Assembly (NCBI GenBank): GCA_964567665.1
Contig: CAZMNN010000010.1
Span: 70 to 64,069 of the forward strand
Origin: an uncultured Lentisphaeraceae bacterium
GTDB taxonomy: Bacteria > Verrucomicrobiota > Kiritimatiellia > RFP12 > UBA1067
Reading direction: 5' to 3'
Length of the DNA stretch: 64,000 nt
A program made the position numbers and the translations under genes. Shown one piece after another: positions 9,634 to 19,364 of the stretch (position 1 is the stretch's first letter; every line of letters starts with the position of its first letter). The notes beneath the pieces were generated by a model. That model was not told the origin of the DNA, searched no databases, and saw only the letters and a list, made by a program, of their open reading frames with translations.

Positions 9634-11967
9634 ATGAAGAGCAAATTTGTTGAAATTGTGAGGATTGTGGCGATATTAGTTGCATTGTGCATGGGTGGCT
9701 TCGCGTCAGGCGAAATGAAGCTCGCGTACGAGATTCCGACGGAAGATGCAGGTGCGAGCCTCGCCATGTTCCCGAAGCTCAAGGCGATGGGGTATGACGG
9801 TGTTCGGTCAAGGGCGTTCTGGGGCGCAGACCATGATGTGCTGTCGAAGATGCTGAAGTCAAGCGGACTTGCAGTGGCCGGGATGCCGGTCGCACTGGAA
9901 CAAATGGACGGGAAGGAAATCGAGTCCACGGTTGCGTTCTGCCGCAGGTTCGGGGTGAAACATCTGATCGTGGACGGTTTCAGGGGCGGAACGTCATCGG
10001 AATGGCGGACGTTCTGCGGACGCATCGCCGATGCGGGGCGGCGACTTGCTCCGCTTGGAATAAGGCTGGCATACGGCAACGGCATCTACGAATTCGAGGA
10101 GTGTCTGCAACGGGAGTTCCCCGCAGACATCGTCAAGGCTGACCGCGAGGTTGCCGTTGAGCTGGATGTATGCGCCGTTGCGGAGTCCGGACGCGACGCG
10201 GCGACATGGATCGCCGATCTTCGCGGACGGCTGCCTGGTGTGCGCGTGAGGCGGCGTGGGGCTGCGGCGTTCCGTGCCGGCGAAGATTCAGCTGGCTGGG
10301 TGCGGACGCTCGATGCAGCGCGTAAAGCCGGCGCGGATTGGCTTGTCGTCGGAGGCGACGGCGCAACGGCAGATGGCGCCGCTGCGGACGCCGCGTTCCT
10401 CCGGAAGATCTGGCGCGACGTGCCGCCGCCGGCGAAGAGGCCCCGCACCGTGATGAACCTTGTCAATTTCGTGCGCGGATGCGAGCCGCGCCGTCCGATG
10501 GATCTTGTAATGCCGCTTGCCGAGCAGATAAGGTGCAACAGCAGATATGGCGTGGCGAACACGATCCTGCTTCAGTACGATGCGATGATCCGCAACGACA
10601 TCATGGCGGCGGCCGCCACCGCCGACAGGACGAAGACCGAGTTTGGAGTGTGGATCGAAATCGTCAAGCCTCTTTGCGAGGCGGTCGACATTCCGTGGCG
10701 CGGACGCAACGGTTGGGCCTGGGACTGGTGGGTGAATCCCGGCTTCCTTGAGGCGTACACGCAGAAGCAGAGAGCTGCGCTGATCGATGAGCTGTTCCGT
10801 CTCTTCAAGGAGAAGTTCGGTGACTATCCTCAGAGCGTCGGATCGTGGGTCATGGATGCGTGGTCGATCGGCTACATGAAGGAACGGTACGGAATCGTCG
10901 CAGTGTGCGTGTGCAAGGAGCAGGATGTCACGGATGCGTACGGGCTTCGCGGCGGCTACTCGAACGGCGTGTACTATCCGTCGAAGAACAACATGCTCTC
11001 CGCCGCCAGCGACATGGCAAACGCAATCAAGGTGCCGGTGTTCAAGATGCTCACGCCCGATCCGATATACAACTACGGCATAAGCTACGAGTACCTTGAT
11101 TCCCGCAACGGGAAGAGACGCCGGCACGTGGTGACGCTCGAACCCGCCGCGCTCGGCAAGAATCCGTACATTGTGGACTGGTACTTCCGCACCTATACGG
11201 AACAGCGTGGTCTTCTCAACATCTCGTATATGCAGACGGGGCAGGAGAACAGCTTCGGGTGGACGCAGTTCGGGGTGAACGTAGGCTACTACAACCAGAT
11301 GGAGGAGATTGTCGACTACGCCAAACGCGGGCTTATCGAGATCGAGACGCTTGGCGACACCGGCCGCCGCTTCCTTGCCGATCATCAGGAGAACTGCGCC
11401 CAGACGCAGATTGCACTTGAGGACTGGAACGGGCAGGGCAGACGCAGCGTGTGGTACAACTGCAGGAACTATCGCGCAAACCTCTATCAGGAGGGAAACC
11501 GGTTCTACATTCGCGACATCCACAAGATGTGCGACGGCTTTGCCGAAGATCATCTCACGACGGCGAGCACAAACTGGAACGAAGTCCTGTATACGCCGCC
11601 GGTAGTTGATGCGTACATGTTCCATTCCGAAAATGCACCGGGCATGATTTCGTTCACCGGTGAGGCCGTAGGGATGATGCCACGCACCACAGGCGAGAAC
11701 GAGATTGAAGTGACCTGCTTCTATGCGGACGGCACGACCACGCTCGTCCGTTTCGACGAGAAGGGGCTTACGGTGTTCGGAATGCCGCTTGAAATCAAGA
11801 TGAACGGCGAATGGCGCGGGCGGCACGAATTCGCGCCCGGACGCATCAACCTGACGTTCAAGGATTTCCGCTATGCTGTCGGCTGCGAGGGCCGTCTTTC
11901 CCCGACAGATTCCGGCTACCGGATCGAACCTGTGAAGGGGCGGATTCGTTTCGACCTTTCGCTTTGA
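9634..11967 (+). CDS. Secreted fusion: degenerate sugar-phosphate isomerase/epimerase TIM barrel plus GH-like hypothetical domain
   Basis: Signal peptide MKSKFVEIVRIVAILVALCMGGFASG; AMGYDGV...LAYGNG...VELD pattern; second domain starts VMNLVNFVRGCEPR. Confidence 0.6.
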   Translation: MKSKFVEIVRIVAILVALCMGGFASGEMKLAYEIPTEDAGASLAMFPKLKAMGYDGVRSRAFWGADHDVLSKMLKSSGLAVAGMPVALEQMDGKEIESTVAFCRRFGVKHLIVDGFRGGTSSEWRTFCGRIADAGRRLAPLGIRLAYGNGIYEFEECLQREFPADIVKADREVAVELDVCAVAESGRDAATWIADLRGRLPGVRVRRRGAAAFRAGEDSAGWVRTLDAARKAGADWLVVGGDGATADGAAADAAFLRKIWRDVPPPAKRPRTVMNLVNFVRGCEPRRPMDLVMPLAEQIRCNSRYGVANTILLQYDAMIRNDIMAAAATADRTKTEFGVWIEIVKPLCEAVDIPWRGRNGWAWDWWVNPGFLEAYTQKQRAALIDELFRLFKEKFGDYPQSVGSWVMDAWSIGYMKERYGIVAVCVCKEQDVTDAYGLRGGYSNGVYYPSKNNMLSAASDMANAIKVPVFKMLTPDPIYNYGISYEYLDSRNGKRRRHVVTLEPAALGKNPYIVDWYFRTYTEQRGLLNISYMQTGQENSFGWTQFGVNVGYYNQMEEIVDYAKRGLIEIETLGDTGRRFLADHQENCAQTQIALEDWNGQGRRSVWYNCRNYRANLYQEGNRFYIRDIHKMCDGFAEDHLTTASTNWNEVLYTPPVVDAYMFHSENAPGMISFTGEAVGMMPRTTGENEIEVTCFYADGTTTLVRFDEKGLTVFGMPLEIKMNGEWRGRHEFAPGRINLTFKDFRYAVGCEGRLSPTDSGYRIEPVKGRIRFDLSL

Positions 11968-11981
11968 CGGAGAGAGACATC

Positions 11982-14690
11982 ATGAAAATGCACTGTGCGC
12001 TTGCCGCCATTGTCTGCTCCGCCGCAGCGGCGCTTGCGTCGCCGTCGTCCCTGATGTGCGAATACCGGACGGATCCGATCGGACTTGAGACTGCCTCACC
12101 GCGTCTGTCGTGGCGGACAGATGACGGACAGACCGCCTGGCGGGTGCGTGTGGCCTCCACTCCAGAGGGATTGTCCCGCGGTGTCGCAGACCTCTGGGAT
12201 TCGGGGAAGGTGGACGGCGGCGATATGCACGGCGTGGCGTATGGCGGAACGCCGCCAAAACCATCGCAGCGGGCGTTCTGGCAGGTGAAGACGTGGACGG
12301 CGGAATCCGGCGAGAGCGAGTGGAGCGAACCGGCCATGTGGCAGTGGGGGATGCTTCGCGCAGACTGGAAGGCGAAATGGATATCGGCCGGCTCTATGAT
12401 CCCGACGCCATGCTTCGTGAAAAGGTTTAGGGCGAAGATGAAGCCGGTGAGCGCAACGCTGCATATAACGGGGCTTGGCTACTACGAGGCGTCTCTAAAC
12501 GGACGGCGCATCGGCACGAAGTTGCTTGACCCCGCGCCCACGGACTACACGAAGACCGTCCTCTACTCCACATATGCGCTTGACGAAGAGATACGCCCCG
12601 GCGAAAATACGCTTTCGGTGATTGTCGGACACGGCCTGTTCTGCGTGAGGGCGCTATCCCAGTGGTGGTTTGAACGCGCCCCGTGGAAAGCCGCGCCTTG
12701 CATGATTGCGCGGCTTGAGCTTGCATATCCGGACGGCACATCGGAGACGGTTGTCTCCGACCGCTCATGGCGGCAGGTCAGAAGTCCGGTGGGCTACGAC
12801 GATTTCCGCGAAGGGGAGGTCATAGGCGCGTGGCATCCGTCGCTCCCGGATTACGGAACAGACGGCATACCGGCGGTGGAGCGCCGTGGCCCGTGTGGAC
12901 GGCTTGTCGCGGAGAGCCAGCATCCGGCGGAAGCGGTCGAGACGTTCCGGCCGGTGTCGATACACGCGTTTGATGGCGGTGTGCAGGTCGTGGAGTTTCC
13001 GAAGGACATATCCGGATGGGTGGAACTCAAGATACGCGGTGCGAAAAAAGGGGATGTCGTCTCAATCAGATACGACGAGCGCGTTGAGAAGGACTTTTCG
13101 CCAGTGGCACCGTCGCCGGGGAACGATGCCGATCTGCGCCTTCCCGCAAAAGGGCCGGACCGCCGCCGGATAGATTGCTATTTCAAGGCTTCCGCCTCAT
13201 TCCCAGTATGCACAACGGACATTGGATTTCAGACGGACAGGTTCGTATGCGCCGGTGCGGAAGAGGAGACGTACGAGCCACGCTTCACCTACAACGGCTT
13301 CCGGTACGTCGTGATCCGAGGATTGCGTACGCCGTTGCAGAGGCAGGATGTCGTCGCGAAGTTCATCCATACCGCGTTCCCGCGTACTGCGTCGTTCGAA
13401 TGTTCCGATCCTGTCTTCAACCGCCTGATGGCGATGGCGGATGTTGCATATCGCGCCAACTTCACGGACGGCTTTCCCACGGACTGTCCGCACCGCGAGA
13501 AGAACGGATGGACGGGTGACGCCTCGATCGCCTCCGAGCTTGCCCAGTACTGCTACGAGAACACGAGCGGGTACGAGAAGTGGTTGCGGGACATATGCGA
13601 TGCGCAGAACGCAAAGGGCGACATCCCCGGCATCGTGCCGAGCGCAGGATGGGGTTTTACGTGGGGGAACGGTCCGGCCTGGGATTCGGCGCTTCCGGTC
13701 ATAGCGTGGAACCTCTACATCTACAAGGATGACGTGCGCATCCTTGGCGAGGTGTACCCAGCGCTTGTTCGATATCTTGCATACACTGCGACAAAGGCGT
13801 CCGGAAACCTTGTGCGCCATGGTCTTGGAGACTGGGTGTCGCCGGACACCAGGTTCATGCCGTCCGTGGAATTCACGTCGTCATGCTACTACATGCAGGC
13901 GCAGGAGATCGCGTCACGCATGGCTGCGGCAATCGGGAGACGTGACGATGCGGCGCGTTTCGCCGATGGTGCGGCGGCGACGAAGGCGGCGATCAACGCC
14001 AGATTCCTCAAGGATGGCGGGACATACGACAACGGCGGCCAGACGGCGCAGGGCATGGCGCTATCCTTCGGACTGCCGCCGGCGAATGCGCTGGAATCGG
14101 TGCGGGCGCGTCTTGTGGCGGCGGTCAATGAGGCTGACGGCAAGACGCGCATGGGAGTGCTGGGGATGAAGCACACATTCCGTGCGCTGAGCGATGCCGG
14201 GCGAAGCGACTTGGCGTTTGCGATGATAACGCACCCCGGCTCGCCGTCCCCTGCGGACTGGGTGCGCAAGGGCGGCACGGCCCTGTGGGAGGATTGGGCG
14301 GACGGTGCGTCCCGCAACCACATCATGTTCGGAGATTTCGCCTGCTGGGCGTATCAGCGGCTGGCCGGAATCCGTCTGCCGGACGGCGGAACCGCCGCAA
14401 CGCCCGCTCCACCGGTACGTGCGTTCAGGGAATTTCTCGTCGCGCCGGAGTTTGTGCCTCAACTCAACTACGTGAAGGCGAGCGTGGAGAGCGTCTACGG
14501 AAGGATGTCCGTCCACTGGCGTCGCACGGATGACGGACGGATATCCCTTGAAGTGGCTGTGCCGCCCAACACGTCCGCGACGCTTCGTCTTCCCGGTTGC
14601 AGCGACCGTCGTCTTGCCGCCGGCGTACACAGGCTGACCTGTTCCGCCGTCAGCCACGCCAAACAGACAATGCACGACACGCAGAAATGA
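11982..14690 (+). CDS. Alpha-L-rhamnosidase (GH78)
   Basis: CEYRTDPIG...PRLSW, ITGLGYYE, FTYNGFRYV, PTDCPHREKNGWTGDA, SRNHIMFG motifs; signal peptide from ATG 11982. Confidence 0.92.
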   Translation: MKMHCALAAIVCSAAAALASPSSLMCEYRTDPIGLETASPRLSWRTDDGQTAWRVRVASTPEGLSRGVADLWDSGKVDGGDMHGVAYGGTPPKPSQRAFWQVKTWTAESGESEWSEPAMWQWGMLRADWKAKWISAGSMIPTPCFVKRFRAKMKPVSATLHITGLGYYEASLNGRRIGTKLLDPAPTDYTKTVLYSTYALDEEIRPGENTLSVIVGHGLFCVRALSQWWFERAPWKAAPCMIARLELAYPDGTSETVVSDRSWRQVRSPVGYDDFREGEVIGAWHPSLPDYGTDGIPAVERRGPCGRLVAESQHPAEAVETFRPVSIHAFDGGVQVVEFPKDISGWVELKIRGAKKGDVVSIRYDERVEKDFSPVAPSPGNDADLRLPAKGPDRRRIDCYFKASASFPVCTTDIGFQTDRFVCAGAEEETYEPRFTYNGFRYVVIRGLRTPLQRQDVVAKFIHTAFPRTASFECSDPVFNRLMAMADVAYRANFTDGFPTDCPHREKNGWTGDASIASELAQYCYENTSGYEKWLRDICDAQNAKGDIPGIVPSAGWGFTWGNGPAWDSALPVIAWNLYIYKDDVRILGEVYPALVRYLAYTATKASGNLVRHGLGDWVSPDTRFMPSVEFTSSCYYMQAQEIASRMAAAIGRRDDAARFADGAAATKAAINARFLKDGGTYDNGGQTAQGMALSFGLPPANALESVRARLVAAVNEADGKTRMGVLGMKHTFRALSDAGRSDLAFAMITHPGSPSPADWVRKGGTALWEDWADGASRNHIMFGDFACWAYQRLAGIRLPDGGTAATPAPPVRAFREFLVAPEFVPQLNYVKASVESVYGRMSVHWRRTDDGRISLEVAVPPNTSATLRLPGCSDRRLAAGVHRLTCSAVSHAKQTMHDTQK

Positions 14691-14777
14691 AAAGCAGACG
14701 GAGATGAAGGCGGAGATGAAAAAACATTGGCTGCACTGACGCTTTCGCTATCGACATGGCATGGATGCGTTGCGGTC

Positions 14778-14786
14778 TGATATAAT
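14778..14786 (+). promoter_or_regulatory. Extended -10 promoter of icd
   Basis: TG-a-TATAAT upstream of a GGAG SD and ATG 14833. Confidence 0.5.
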
Positions 14787-14832
14787 ACGCACCAAAACAC
14801 AACGCGGCTGAGACCGCAAAGATGGAGCAGAG

Positions 14833-16059
<1,227 letters not shown>

Positions 16060-16074
16060 CGTCAACGCGGGGGG

Positions 16075-18504
16075 CTATTCCGTCGGCGAGCCGAAAAGCG
16101 TCTCCGCAAGGCGGACAAGCCCCATCGCATCCTTTGAGTAGAAGTCTGCGCCGATCTTTTCGGCGTAGTCTTCCGTCAGTACCGCGCCGCCCACTGTGAC
16201 TTTACAGTCGGGCAGCTCTTCGTGGATCATCCTTACGGTCTGCTCCATGAATCCCACTGTCGTCGTCATCAACGCGGACAGCCCCACGAGCCGCGCCTTT
16301 TCGCGCCGTGCCGCCGCAACAACCGTCTCCGGCGGCACGTCACGACCGAGGTCGATGACCTTGAAGCCGTAGTTTTCGAGAAGTGCGCGGCAGATGTTTT
16401 TTCCGATGTCGTGTATGTCGCCCTTGACGGTCGCAACTATCACAGGGCCTTTTACGTCGCCGTCTCCGCGTGACGGAAGGGCAGAACGCACGACGTCAAA
16501 CGCCGCACCGGCGGCCTCCGCCGCCATCAGCAGCTGCGGAAGGAACACGGTGCCGGCCTCAAATCCCCTGCCCACCGTTTCAAGCGCTGGCACTATCGCC
16601 GTCCCTATTATGTCAAGCGGCACCTCTCCATTTGTCAGTGCGGCCTTTGCGGCAGCTGCGGCATCGGATTTCAGTCCGTGCCTTATTGCCCCTGCGATGT
16701 CGTTGCCGGATTGCGTCGGCGATGCCGTTGCCGGGGAGCGATGCGCGGAGACAACACCGGCAGCCGCCGTCGCGGGGGTGAAATCCCTGAACGCCTCTAT
16801 CCACTCTCCGCAGCTGCGGTCTTTTCCGGTAAGCGCCCTGAACGCACGGTAGGCCGTCATCATGTCGGCTGCAAGCGGATTGATGATTCCGGCGGAAAGG
16901 CCGTTCGCGAGCGCCATCGTGTAGAACGTAGCGTTCAGCAGAGGTCTGGCCGGCAGCCCGAACGAGATGTTGGACACGCCAAGGCAGGTGCGGCATCCAA
17001 GTTCATCGCGCACCCTGCGGAGAGCTTCAAGGATCACGTTTGCGCTGTCTGGCTCTGCGCTTACAGCGAGACACAGAACGTCAATCACGAAATCGGACGG
17101 TTTCAATCCGAACTCCGCGCCGCGCTTCAATATTCTGCGGGCGATGCAAAGACGGCCTTCCGCAGTCGGCGGGATTCCGTTTTCGTCGAGAGTAAGAGCC
17201 ACGACAACGCCGCCGTATTTCGCAACGGCCGGAAACACGGTGTCCATCGATTCGGCCTTTCCGTTGACCGAGTTTATCAGAGGTTTTCCGTTGTAGTGGC
17301 GGAGGGCGCGTTCGAGCGCCGCCGGATCGGACGTGTCAATCTGCAGCGGAATGTCCGTGACGCTCTGCACGGCCTGCACCGTGGATGTCAGCACGGCAGC
17401 TTCATCAATGCCAGGCACGCCTACGTTCACATCCAGCACATGCGCACCCGCGTCAGCCTGGGCAACCGCTTCGCGCAGGACGTATGCCACGTCTCCTTCC
17501 GTGAGGGCGGCCTTCAACTTCTTCTTTCCTGTTGGATTTATCCGCTCGCCGATGACGATGGAATCGCGGAACGGAATCTCGACCGTGCGAGAACCGGACG
17601 TGATGACGGTTCGCGCTTCGCGTCCGCTTCTGGCGTTCGCTTGACAGGTCTGCAAAGTGCGCTTCACGGCGGCAATGTGTCCGGGCGTTGTGCCGCAGCA
17701 TCCGCCGACGATCGTTGCGCCCGCTTCGACGAGAGCAGCGACATCCTTCACAAATTCATCCGGGCCGACGGTGAACGTGGTGCGTCCGTTTACGACCTTC
17801 GGCATCCCTGCGTTCGGCTTCACGGCAACCGGAAGCGAGGTCGCGTCAGCGAGCCTCTTCACGAACGGGAGCATTCTGTCCGGCCCGAAGCCGCAGTTCA
17901 GGCCGATGGCATCCACGTGAAGTCCGTCGAGCAGCGCGGCAACGCACTCCACGTCGGCGCCGGTCAGCAGCTTTCCGTCTTCGCCGAGCGCAACTGTCGC
18001 AAGCACGGGAAGCGATGCGTTCTCCTTTGCTGCAAGGATGGCGGCTTTAAGTTCGTAGGTGTCGCCCATCGTCTCAATCGCTATCAGGTCGGCGCCGGCC
18101 CTTGCGCCGATGCTCACCTGTTCCGCGAACGCATCGTATGCGGCGTCGAACTCGAAGTCTCCGGCGGGCTTGAGAAGCCGTCCGGTAGGGCCAACGTCGA
18201 GGGCGACAAGCCTTCCGCCGCCGATTGCCGAAACCGCATCCTTCGCCACCGATATGCCGGCCGATATCACGTCGTGAAGGGGAGCGTCGCCATGGTACTT
18301 CGCCGCATTTGCGCCGAAAGTGTTTGCGTATACGATGTCCGCCCCTGCGGCAAGGTACGCACTGTGTATCGCAAGGACGTCTCCGGGGCGCGAGAGGTTC
18401 CACAGTTCCGGCGTTTCGCCTGGGGCAAGTCCTGCCTCCTGAAGCTGCGTTCCCATGCCGCCGTCGAGAACGACAATGCGGTTCAGGTCGAATATGGTGT
18501 TCAT
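16075..18504 (-). CDS. metH: B12-dependent methionine synthase (Hcy-binding, pterin-binding, cap and B12-binding domains; no reactivation domain)
   Basis: VLDGGMGTQLQ, GLNCGFGP, GGCCGTTPGHI, IGERINPTGKK, TVKGDIHDIGKNI (DxHxxG), GLSALMTTT. Confidence 0.92.
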   Translation of the reverse strand: MNTIFDLNRIVVLDGGMGTQLQEAGLAPGETPELWNLSRPGDVLAIHSAYLAAGADIVYANTFGANAAKYHGDAPLHDVISAGISVAKDAVSAIGGGRLVALDVGPTGRLLKPAGDFEFDAAYDAFAEQVSIGARAGADLIAIETMGDTYELKAAILAAKENASLPVLATVALGEDGKLLTGADVECVAALLDGLHVDAIGLNCGFGPDRMLPFVKRLADATSLPVAVKPNAGMPKVVNGRTTFTVGPDEFVKDVAALVEAGATIVGGCCGTTPGHIAAVKRTLQTCQANARSGREARTVITSGSRTVEIPFRDSIVIGERINPTGKKKLKAALTEGDVAYVLREAVAQADAGAHVLDVNVGVPGIDEAAVLTSTVQAVQSVTDIPLQIDTSDPAALERALRHYNGKPLINSVNGKAESMDTVFPAVAKYGGVVVALTLDENGIPPTAEGRLCIARRILKRGAEFGLKPSDFVIDVLCLAVSAEPDSANVILEALRRVRDELGCRTCLGVSNISFGLPARPLLNATFYTMALANGLSAGIINPLAADMMTAYRAFRALTGKDRSCGEWIEAFRDFTPATAAAGVVSAHRSPATASPTQSGNDIAGAIRHGLKSDAAAAAKAALTNGEVPLDIIGTAIVPALETVGRGFEAGTVFLPQLLMAAEAAGAAFDVVRSALPSRGDGDVKGPVIVATVKGDIHDIGKNICRALLENYGFKVIDLGRDVPPETVVAAARREKARLVGLSALMTTTVGFMEQTVRMIHEELPDCKVTVGGAVLTEDYAEKIGADFYSKDAMGLVRLAETLFGSPTE

Positions 18505-19118
18505 GCCGTGATGATCTCCTCGTTTTTCACGCCGATTATCGCGCTCACCGATTTCGAAGGCGCCATCAGCATTGTGTCGGTAAGCGATACGCCGACGGTG
18601 CGCGGCGCATCGAGAAGGGCGAGCAGTTCGCGTTGGGCGGATAGCGGAAACGTGCCATATCCCGGCGAATATCTTGCAATCAGGCGTTCTCCGTCCGAAA
18701 GTTCAGAACAGATGTCCTCTTCAACAGAATCCATCAGACGTTCTATTAGCGCGGCGCCGATTGCCTGGACAATGAACGCATCCGCTCCGGACGACACCGA
18801 GACGCGTCTGTGGAACGTGTCAAACCCGGTGCCGAGGGTGCCGCAGGCGAGATAGGCGCATCTGCATCCGTCAAGATGCCGGGCAAGTGTCCCGCTGATG
18901 TCAAGCCGCACTGCGCCGGAGGCGATTGCGCCGGACGAGATCGAGAAGCGGCTCCAGACGTTGGCGGGGCGTATCGCCGCCATGGCCTTGTCGCGCAGGC
19001 GCAGCGTACGCTCCGCCAGCTCTCCATCCGGGATGCGCCGCCCCATGCGCAGATACCGCGCTATTTCTGCGAGGCTCACGCCGAGACGGCCACATTCTGT
19101 ATCCAATTCCATGCTCAT
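18501..19118 (-). CDS. Stand-alone methionine synthase activation domain protein
   Basis: RYSPGYGTFPL, GVSLTDTMLMAPSKSVSAIIG; 4-bp overlap with the metH start. Confidence 0.88.
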   Translation of the reverse strand: MSMELDTECGRLGVSLAEIARYLRMGRRIPDGELAERTLRLRDKAMAAIRPANVWSRFSISSGAIASGAVRLDISGTLARHLDGCRCAYLACGTLGTGFDTFHRRVSVSSGADAFIVQAIGAALIERLMDSVEEDICSELSDGERLIARYSPGYGTFPLSAQRELLALLDAPRTVGVSLTDTMLMAPSKSVSAIIGVKNEEIITA

Positions 19119-19222
19119 CAGTGTTGATGCGCAGATTATAGCATGGATGCGCAGGTGTTTGGCATAGCCATCCCCTGCGATGCCCTATAGGCTTTCCCTA
19201 TGCCCGCGCTGTTTTGTGCGTG

Positions 19223-19231
19223 TGATAGAAT
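19223..19231 (+). promoter_or_regulatory. Extended -10 promoter for the riboswitch-TonB receptor unit
   Basis: TG-a-TAGAAT just upstream of the riboswitch. Confidence 0.5.
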
Positions 19232-19246
19232 ACGCACCCATCTCAA

Positions 19247-19322
19247 ACGGACGGTAACCGGAAAGACCTGTGAAAACCAGGCGCTGTCGCGCAACCGTGA
19301 AAGTCGGAATGCGGGCCGTCCA
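19247..19322 (+). ncRNA. Compact cobalamin riboswitch
   Basis: GGACGG/CCGTCC closing stem; CCGGAA; CCTG-TGAAAAC-CAGG T-loop hairpin; GCTGTCGCGCAACCGTGA (B12 CGCAACnGT core); AAGTCGGAATGC; lies before a TonB-dependent receptor and beside metH. Confidence 0.8.
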
Positions 19323-19364
19323 TCAAACAAGTCAAGTACCCTCGCATGAGGGGGAAAGAGCAAA

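Noticed and set aside
10288-11826. 512-aa minus-strand ORF
   Set aside because: Antisense shadow of a well-supported + strand gene in high-GC DNA; no domain motifs.
16060-16074. Terminator between convergent icd and metH
   Set aside because: Only 15 bp with no convincing stem and U-tract.
16678-18855. 725-aa plus-strand ORF
   Set aside because: Antisense shadow of metH.
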